Assembly: GCA_037190965.1 (NCBI GenBank)
Contig: JBBCKI010000070.1
Location: 1-64,000, forward strand
Direction: 5' to 3'
Source: Chthoniobacteraceae bacterium
GTDB lineage: Bacteria > Verrucomicrobiota > Verrucomicrobiia > Chthoniobacterales > Chthoniobacteraceae
DNA: 64,000 bases
The translations under genes and the position numbers were made by a program. The first letter of the stretch is position 1. Each line of letters begins with the position of its first letter. The notes under the pieces are model-generated. The model was not told where the DNA came from and ran no database searches. It saw only the letters and a program-made list of their open reading frames with translations. Positions 57,387 through 64,000 of the stretch are shown piece by piece.

Positions 57387-60300
57387 CTACTTCAAAACAC
57401 TCGCTTCCTTCTTCCCTCCGTCAATCGCCGCCACCGGCGTTGCGTCGTGATGGATGATATCGACGTGCTTTGCCCGATGCGTGCGGAAGAATGAGTAGCG
57501 ATCGAGGACGTTTTCCTGGAACGCCTCGAAGTAGAGGAAGAGCGCGGGGGTGACGTAGAGAGTCACCAGTTGGGAGACGATCAGCCCGCCGACGATGATG
57601 AGCCCAAGCGGCTGGCGCGAACTGCCATCCGCGCCGAACCCGAGCGCGAGCGGGACCGCCCCCATCAGCGCGGCAAACGTCGTCATCATGATCGGGCGAA
57701 AACGTTCCAGGCTCGCCTCATGCACCGCGGCCTTGCGATCGAGCCCTTCGGCCATTCGCTGGAGAGCGAAATCGACGATCATGATCCCGTTCTTCTTCAC
57801 GATGCCTATGAGGAGGAACATCCCGACAAAGGCATAGAGCGAGGCTTCCTGATTGAAGAGGAGCAGCGTGGCAAGCCCGCCGACGGTGGCGACCGGCAAC
57901 GCGGTGAGCACGGTGATCGGGTGAATGTAGCTCTCGTAAAGAATGCCGAGGATGATGTACATCGCGAACACGGCGAAGATCATGAGCACGGTGAGACTGG
58001 TGATCGTCTCCTTGAAGACCTGCGCCTCGCCCTGGAGGTTCCCCCGGATATTCGGCGGCAGCACTTCGGCGGCGGTCTTCTCGATGAACTTTGCGGCGTC
58101 GCCGATGACCGCGCCCGGCGCAAGGTTGAAGGAGATCGTAACCGCCGGGAACTGGTTGATGTGGTTGATCGATTGCGGCCCGACGGTTTCCTTCCAACGC
58201 GCCACGGCCTTGACGGGAACCAGCGTGCCTTCGTCCGATTTTACGAACAGCCGCTCCAGCTTCTCGGGCTCCGTGCGCAGCTTGTCGCTGGCTTCCAGAA
58301 TGACCTGATACTGGTCGTTCGATTTTTTGATGAGGTAGACAAAATTCTGTGCATAAGCGCTCCGCAGCGCATTGAGGACGGCCTGCACGGAAACGCCATA
58401 GGAGGCGGCCTGCTCCCGGAGAATGTCGATCTCCAGGTTGGGCGTTCTCGTCTGCATATCCGAGTTGACGAAAAGAAACCCGGGATAGGGCCGAAGCTTT
58501 TCCATCAAGGCCTCGGCGGCGGCCCCCACCTCCTGGGGGTCGATCCCGCTGACGGCGTAGGAGAATTTGCCCTGGTTATTGGAGGCCGCACCGGTGCTGA
58601 TCTGCAAAACCGGGGAGGCCTGCAGGAACGGTCTGATCCCCGGGATCTTCGACATCTCGGCGGAAAGCTCCGCCATCACTTTGTCGATGGAGGGGCGCCC
58701 GGAGGCAGGCTTCAAAAACGCGAGCACCCGCGCCTGCGAGGCGGCCATGCGGCCCGAGTTCCCCGAGATCGTCATGCTCAAATCGACATGAGGGTTCGCT
58801 TCCAGCACATGATCCACCTGGGTCTGAAATGCCGCCATTCGTTCCGGGGAGGTCCCCTCCTGTACCATGAAGATGCCGCGAATGAATCCGCTGTCCCCTG
58901 TTGGCAGGAACGACTTGGGGGCGGCCTGGAAAAGAACCACCGTGCCCACCATGCAGACGACCCACGCCAGCGCGGAGATCCATTTGTGCTCCAGAAAGAA
59001 ATCGAGCGACTTGCCGTAGCTCCCTACGATCCGGGAGAACACCCCGTGGACTTTTTGCTCCAGCCAGGTTTTTTTGCCGGTCTCGTGGCGGGTCAACATT
59101 CGCGCGCACATGAGCGGCGTCAGTGTCAGGGAGACAATCCCGGAGGCCATGATGGCGATGATGATGGTGAGCGCGAAGGACTGGAAGGTCCGCCCGATCA
59201 ACCCGGGCATGAAGACCAGCGGCAGGAAGACCGCCGCCAGGGAGAGTGTCATCGAGACAATGGTGAAGCTGATCTCCTTGGCCCCGTTGAAGGTGGCTTC
59301 CAGGGCGGTTTCGCCCGCCTCCATCCGGCGCACGGCGTTCTCAAGAAACACGATGGCGTCATCGACCAGAAAGCCGATGGAGAGCGTCAACGCCAGCAGC
59401 GTCAGGTTGTCGAGGCTGTAGCCAAGGAGGTACATCGCCACGAAGGTGATGAGCATCGACATAGGCAGCGCCACGACGGGGATCAACGTATCGGTCGCGC
59501 GCCCGAGAAAAACGAAAATCACCAGCACCACCAGCGCGAAGGCGATCACCAGCGTTTCCTTCACCTCGTTGACCGAATTGACGATGGTGACGGAGCGGTC
59601 GAACATCGGGATCAGCTTGACCGAGCCGGGCAACTCGCGCTCGAAAACGGGGAGAAGGTCTTTGACCAACTGGGCCGTGGCCACGGCGTTGGCCCCGGCC
59701 TGCCGGGAAACGGCGAGAACGATGTTAGCGGCCGGAGCCTCCATCCCGCGCGCCCAGACATGGCGCTCCATCCGTTCGTTCTGCGTGGAGTCGATCACCT
59801 CCGCCACGTCGCGCAGATAAATCAGCGCGCCGCCCTTGCGGCCCACGACCAGGTCGCGATACCCCTCGGAGCTGTCGATCTGCCCCTGCGGCTGAAGCAG
59901 GAAGGTGCGATTCGCCCCATCGAACTGCCCCGCCCCCTGCGTGCTCGTCCCCGCGCGGATCGCGGCGGCGAGATCCTCGATCGTCATGTCGCGCGCGGCA
60001 AGCTTGGCCGGATCGGCCTTGACCCGCACGGCCCCCTTGGTTCCGAAAATATCGACCTTCGAGACGCCCTCCAGGATGCTGATGCGCTGCGCCACCTCGG
60101 TGCTCGCGAAATCGTAGAGCTGCCCCTCCGTCAACGATTCGCTGGTCAACGCGAGGAACATGATCGGCTGATCGTTCGGGTTGAACTTCGTGAAGGTGGG
60201 AGGAGAGGGAAGATCGAGCGGCAGGCTGCCGTTGGCCTGGTTAATGGCCGCCTGCACATCGGTCGCCGCGGCGTCCACGCTCTTGTTCAAGCCGAACTGC

Positions 60301-60581
60301 AGCGTGAAGTTGGCGCTCCCCTGCGCGCTCTGCGAGGTCACCAGTTCCAACCCGGGGATCTGCATGAACTGCCGCTCCAACGGCGTCGCGACATTGCTCG
60401 CCATTGTCTCCGGACTTGCACCGGGGTAGCTCACCATCACGTTGATGACGGGAAAGTCGACTGCCGGGAGATCGTTCACCGGGAGCCGCTGGTAGCTCAT
60501 GAACCCGAAGACGATGAACGTCACCGTGAGCAGCATCGTCATGACGGGCCGCTTGATGAAGGGATCGGAGAAGGTGGACAT
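57387..60581 (-). CDS. RND efflux transporter permease (MdtB/MdtC-like)
   Basis: PFIKRPV, LPAVDFPVI, GFLVDDAIV, GIVKKNGIM and RFRPIMMT motifs. Confidence 0.94.
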   Translation of the reverse strand: MSTFSDPFIKRPVMTMLLTVTFIVFGFMSYQRLPVNDLPAVDFPVINVMVSYPGASPETMASNVATPLERQFMQIPGLELVTSQSAQGSANFTLQFGLNKSVDAAATDVQAAINQANGSLPLDLPSPPTFTKFNPNDQPIMFLALTSESLTEGQLYDFASTEVAQRISILEGVSKVDIFGTKGAVRVKADPAKLAARDMTIEDLAAAIRAGTSTQGAGQFDGANRTFLLQPQGQIDSSEGYRDLVVGRKGGALIYLRDVAEVIDSTQNERMERHVWARGMEAPAANIVLAVSRQAGANAVATAQLVKDLLPVFERELPGSVKLIPMFDRSVTIVNSVNEVKETLVIAFALVVLVIFVFLGRATDTLIPVVALPMSMLITFVAMYLLGYSLDNLTLLALTLSIGFLVDDAIVFLENAVRRMEAGETALEATFNGAKEISFTIVSMTLSLAAVFLPLVFMPGLIGRTFQSFALTIIIAIMASGIVSLTLTPLMCARMLTRHETGKKTWLEQKVHGVFSRIVGSYGKSLDFFLEHKWISALAWVVCMVGTVVLFQAAPKSFLPTGDSGFIRGIFMVQEGTSPERMAAFQTQVDHVLEANPHVDLSMTISGNSGRMAASQARVLAFLKPASGRPSIDKVMAELSAEMSKIPGIRPFLQASPVLQISTGAASNNQGKFSYAVSGIDPQEVGAAAEALMEKLRPYPGFLFVNSDMQTRTPNLEIDILREQAASYGVSVQAVLNALRSAYAQNFVYLIKKSNDQYQVILEASDKLRTEPEKLERLFVKSDEGTLVPVKAVARWKETVGPQSINHINQFPAVTISFNLAPGAVIGDAAKFIEKTAAEVLPPNIRGNLQGEAQVFKETITSLTVLMIFAVFAMYIILGILYESYIHPITVLTALPVATVGGLATLLLFNQEASLYAFVGMFLLIGIVKKNGIMIVDFALQRMAEGLDRKAAVHEASLERFRPIMMTTFAALMGAVPLALGFGADGSSRQPLGLIIVGGLIVSQLVTLYVTPALFLYFEAFQENVLDRYSFFRTHRAKHVDIIHHDATPVAAIDGGKKEASVLK

Positions 60582-60629
60582 TGGAGGTAGGCGTCTGGGC
60601 GATTAAAGCGTTTTTGAGTTCAAACCGCT

Positions 60630-61757
60630 CTAAGGCTGCACGATGGCGACGGTGGCGCCCGGAGATAGCGTGATCTGACCGGTCACGACCACGGTTTCAC
60701 CCGGTTGCACCCCTTCGACGATCACCACCTGCCGGCCTTGCTTCTGCCCCGGCTTGACGGGCCGGAGATCGACAGTGGAATCGTCCTTCACCACGAATAC
60801 GAACGGCCCCCGTTTGCCGACCTGCACGGCTTCGCCCGGCACCAGGACGGCATTCTTCAAGGTATCGAGCAGCAGGCGGACGTTCACAAACTGGCCGGGC
60901 CAGAAGAGGCGGTCTTCGTTCTCGATCGCCGCCCGCATCCGCACGACCCCGGCATTCGGCTGCACTCCGCTGTCGAGAAAGTCGAACTCGCCCTCGCGTT
61001 TGATGTCTGAATCATCGGGAAAACTCGCCTCCACCTTCAGCGTCCCCGCCGCCTTGTAGTGGCGAACCTTGGGGAGCTCATTCTCAGGCACGGAAAAATC
61101 GACGTAAATCGGCACCTGCCGCTGGATGAGAAGAAGCTGCGTTTTGTTGGCCTCCACCACGTTGCCGCCATCCACCATCCGCTTGCTGGTGCGCCCCGAG
61201 ATGGGCGAGCGGATGGTGCAGTAATCCAGATTGATCTGCGCCGTCTCCACCGCCGCCTCGTCCGCCGTCACCGCCGCTTTCGACATCAACGCGTTGCTCT
61301 CCGCGACATCGAGCGCCTGGAGCGCCACCGCATTGTTGCGGCTCAACTCGCGGTTGCGCTTGAGTTGCGCCTGGTCATAGACCGCCTTGGCGCGACTCTG
61401 TTCCAATGCCGCCTGCGCCTTGTGAAGGGCGGCTTCAAAAGGGCGGGGATCGAGCGTAAAGAGGAGATCCCCTTTCTTGACCTCCGCACCGTCCTTGAAG
61501 TGAACCTCCAAAATCGCCGCCGTCACCTGCGGCTGGATTGTCACCGCCTCAACCGGAGAGCATTTGCCGATCTCATCGAGATAAACCGGGACATCGCGGG
61601 TCTCCGCCTTGGCTACCGTCACCGCACGCGCAGGAGGGGCGCCCGGAGCGACGTCCTTCTTCTGGCAGCCGGACAGAAAAATCAACCCTCCGAAAAGGAG
61701 AACAGGCAACAGAAGCGGGAGGGCTCCGGGAGAGAAACGGGCAGTCATGGCATTCAT
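60630..61757 (-). CDS. RND efflux periplasmic adaptor (MdtA-like), lipoprotein
   Basis: Lipobox LSGC; VKKGDLLFTLDPRPF, IRSPISG and LFWPGQFV; start moved to MNAMTARF. Confidence 0.92.
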   Translation of the reverse strand: MNAMTARFSPGALPLLLPVLLFGGLIFLSGCQKKDVAPGAPPARAVTVAKAETRDVPVYLDEIGKCSPVEAVTIQPQVTAAILEVHFKDGAEVKKGDLLFTLDPRPFEAALHKAQAALEQSRAKAVYDQAQLKRNRELSRNNAVALQALDVAESNALMSKAAVTADEAAVETAQINLDYCTIRSPISGRTSKRMVDGGNVVEANKTQLLLIQRQVPIYVDFSVPENELPKVRHYKAAGTLKVEASFPDDSDIKREGEFDFLDSGVQPNAGVVRMRAAIENEDRLFWPGQFVNVRLLLDTLKNAVLVPGEAVQVGKRGPFVFVVKDDSTVDLRPVKPGQKQGRQVVIVEGVQPGETVVVTGQITLSPGATVAIVQP

Positions 61758-61979
61758 AGTGGTGCGATTCGAGCCAAGATCAACCCCTCGAGATAAAAAA
61801 AACTCCAAAAACGCGGGTCCCGGTTCAATCCGGATCCGATGCTGGAGCGGGTGGAATTTTGCAAGAGCCTGAAGCGGAAACCGTTGAGAAGAAGCGAAGC
61901 CCCATCTTTTGCAAGGGCGTGACTCGTCCGGCAGATTTCGCCATTGCTTCAATGCTGCTCAAAATGCTGTCATTCCGGA

Positions 61980-63008
61980 ATGTCAGATGAATCACCAACT
62001 TTGGCGCACCGGCAGATGCCTGCCGAAGTTGCATCAGCATCCGAAGGCTGTCGACCGGCCCGGCCCATCGCAGTCGTTCTGGATGGATACACTCTCAATC
62101 CCGGAGACAATCCGTGGACGAATCTGGAAGCGATCACCGAGTTGACGGTCTACGATCGCACCCCGCCGGAATTGGTCGTCGAACGGGCAGCCAACGCTGA
62201 AATTGTTTTCACCAATAAAACGCCGCTTTCCGCCGAAGCGATCGAAAGCCTGCCCAACCTCCGCTTTATCTCGGTACTGGCGACAGGCTACAATGTCGTC
62301 AACCTGCCAGCCGCAAAGGCGCGGAACATCCCGGTTTCCAATGTGCCGACGTACAGCACCGATACGGTCGCCCAGCACACCGTCGCGCTTCTCCTGGAGT
62401 TGTCCCACCACTGTGGAGAACATTCCGCTGCTGTGCGTGAAGGAGAATGGTCCCGCAGCCCCGATTTCTGCTTCTGGAGGAAGCCGCTGATCGAACTTGC
62501 GGGGAAGACCCTCGGGATTGTCGGCTTTGGGCGGATCGGCCGCCGCGTGGCGACCATTGCAGAGGCGCTTGGAATGCGGGTTTGTTATTACAGCCGCCAC
62601 GTTAATGACCATTCTGAAGGCCAGTTTGTCAGTTGGGATGAATTGCTCCGGATTTCCGACGTTATCTCTCTTCATTGCGCGCTGACCCCCGAATCCGAAA
62701 GGATGATCAACCGTGACGCCTTGACCCGGATGAAGCCGACCGCACTGGTGATCAACACCAGCCGGGGAGCGCTTGTCGATGAGGCCGATCTGGCGGATGC
62801 CTTGCGCCAAGGGGTGATTGCCGGTGCAGCCGTTGACGTGCTGACCACGGAACCGCCCCGGGAGAATCCGCTGTTGGCCGCGCCCAACTGTATTATCACT
62901 CCCCATATGGCATGGTCGAGCCGGGAGGCTCGGCGCCGTCTGACTGAGGTGACGGTGGAGAATGTCAGGGGCTTCCTGAGAGGAGCCCCGATCAATGTGG
63001 TCCGGTAG
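61980..63008 (+). CDS. D-2-hydroxyacid dehydrogenase (glycerate dehydrogenase/HprA-like)
   Basis: VVLDGYTLNPGD, GFGRIG, SLHC, INTSRG, DVLTTEP and TPHMAW motifs; start may be 62016. Confidence 0.9.
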   Translation: MSDESPTLAHRQMPAEVASASEGCRPARPIAVVLDGYTLNPGDNPWTNLEAITELTVYDRTPPELVVERAANAEIVFTNKTPLSAEAIESLPNLRFISVLATGYNVVNLPAAKARNIPVSNVPTYSTDTVAQHTVALLLELSHHCGEHSAAVREGEWSRSPDFCFWRKPLIELAGKTLGIVGFGRIGRRVATIAEALGMRVCYYSRHVNDHSEGQFVSWDELLRISDVISLHCALTPESERMINRDALTRMKPTALVINTSRGALVDEADLADALRQGVIAGAAVDVLTTEPPRENPLLAAPNCIITPHMAWSSREARRRLTEVTVENVRGFLRGAPINVVR

Positions 63009-63021
63009 GCATCAATCCACC

Positions 63022-63648
63022 TTAACGCCAACGCATCAATCGCGCGGGAACTCCGCCATAGATTCCCATCGGTTCCGTGCTTTTGGTAACCACCGCGTTT
63101 GCGGCAATCACGCACCCTTTGGCTAGCACGGTATTGGCGCAGATCGTCGCATTCGCGGCGATCCAGACATCTTCCTCCAGGGTGATCGGCCCAGCCTTCT
63201 CGCCGGTCAGAGCCATTGGCCGGTCTGTGATTTCGTCGTGGTGGCCAACCGTAGCCAGCACCACATGTGCCGCGATATTGCAGTACGGCCCCAGTCTCAG
63301 GCCGCCCCATCCGTAGAGAACTCCATAGGGAGCAAAGTGACTATGGTGACCTATTTCAACAAAGCTCGATTCCCAGTTTCCCAAGCCCGCGTAGACGCCC
63401 GGATAGAACACCACATGATCTTCAATGATCAGCCTTCCCGGCGAACCTTCGAAATAGCACCGGGGATGGAAGATCACGTTCGCTCCAATACGCGCCACCT
63501 TCGGCGCACCGAGGAAGTGCGTGCCTGAATGCATGATAACGTTGTCCCCTACTTCGAAGCATTCAGGGTGCTCGATATAAACATCAGGGGCGATGCGAAC
63601 ATTGGTGCCGCATTCCTTAAACCGTTTGCAATAAGGATTTTGTTCCAT
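63022..63648 (-). CDS. hexapeptide-repeat (LbH) acyltransferase
   Basis: Repeated [LIV]G hexapeptides, ITLEEDVWIAAN, VIAANAVVTK and GGVPAR; ATG 63648 preferred because the TTG extension overlaps a pseudogene relic. Confidence 0.85.
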   Translation of the reverse strand: MEQNPYCKRFKECGTNVRIAPDVYIEHPECFEVGDNVIMHSGTHFLGAPKVARIGANVIFHPRCYFEGSPGRLIIEDHVVFYPGVYAGLGNWESSFVEIGHHSHFAPYGVLYGWGGLRLGPYCNIAAHVVLATVGHHDEITDRPMALTGEKAGPITLEEDVWIAANATICANTVLAKGCVIAANAVVTKSTEPMGIYGGVPARLMRWR

Positions 63649-63665
63649 GGCCGCTACAGCGTTGT

Positions 63666-63872
63666 TCACTGCTTCGTTTTCGCGCTTCGGCAAATCGCGC
63701 CGAGAACTTTTTCATGGGCCAGCCCGTCGGCGAAGGTGGGATGCACGCTCTTTCCGTCTACCACGACTTTGACAAAATCGGCAAACGTATTGATGAAGTA
63801 TATTCATACCCGATCAAATGGCCCGGCGGCCACCACGTCTCGACATGCGGGAGCCCCTTCCGTCACCGCAAT
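63666..63872 (-). pseudogene. frameshifted C-terminal fragment of a Gfo/Idh/MocA oxidoreductase
   Basis: Across three frameshifts it reads IAVTEGA / PHVETWWPPGHLIGYEYT / FINTFADFVKVVVDGKSVHPTFADGLAHEK / VLGAICRSAKTKQ*. Confidence 0.7.
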
Positions 63873-63882
63873 GAGAGACGCT

Positions 63883-63999
63883 CTAACAGAGTGCAGAGAG
63901 AGCAACGGATTCCGGGCGCAAACAAACAAGATCTGAAATTTTGAGAGGAGTTCCGAGCCGGATCGATTCGTTGGCAGCAAAGCCGATGGCGGCAGAGGC
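63883..63999 (-). CDS. partial CDS (C-terminus), probably a Gfo/Idh/MocA oxidoreductase
   Basis: ...ASAAIGFAANESIRLGTPLKISDLVCLRPESVALSALC*, open to the window edge. Confidence 0.55.
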   Translation of the reverse strand, partial: ASAAIGFAANESIRLGTPLKISDLVCLRPESVALSALC

Positions 64000-64000
64000 G

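Noticed and set aside
57570..60590. 1006-aa ORF on the + strand
   Set aside because: Antisense shadow of the RND permease; expected in GC-rich DNA with codon bias; no recognisable motifs.

Overview
GC-rich bacterial chromosomal segment. The organism is probably a member of Verrucomicrobiota; this is inferred from a PEP-CTERM protein, a TPR-ExbB-ExbD-ExbD operon, a long AsmA-like protein and the gene style. It holds about 55 mostly housekeeping or envelope genes (yciH/SUI1, gcvTH, pdxA, surA-like, cbpA, sppA, thiL-tsaE-tsaB, ferritin-sufT, nfo, trpC, metG, glpX, ABC and RND transporters), tRNA-Gly(GCC) and tRNA-His(GTG). I found no CRISPR array, transposase, integrase or prophage. The most interesting signals are non-coding or small: (1) an apparent Cys/Met-rich leader-peptide attenuator with terminator/antiterminator logic upstream of a small ALAA-ending protein and a heterodimeric exporter-fold ABC pair; (2) four tandem sigma70-type promoters with 16-bp spacers firing out of the left edge, probably an rRNA operon; (3) three copies of a GTAG-type REP doublet (REPIN-like); (4) two long rod-like intergenic hairpins (13.9 kb and 24.0 kb); (5) a pair of SPFH proteins with triple N-terminal repeats followed by a PLD nuclease; (6) an ABC importer operon with a double substrate-binding protein and an embedded STAS-fusion gene; (7) several apparently leaderless genes, a sufT with a replaced C-terminus, and a frameshifted oxidoreductase relic. 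All family assignments come from motif recognition by eye, not from database searches.
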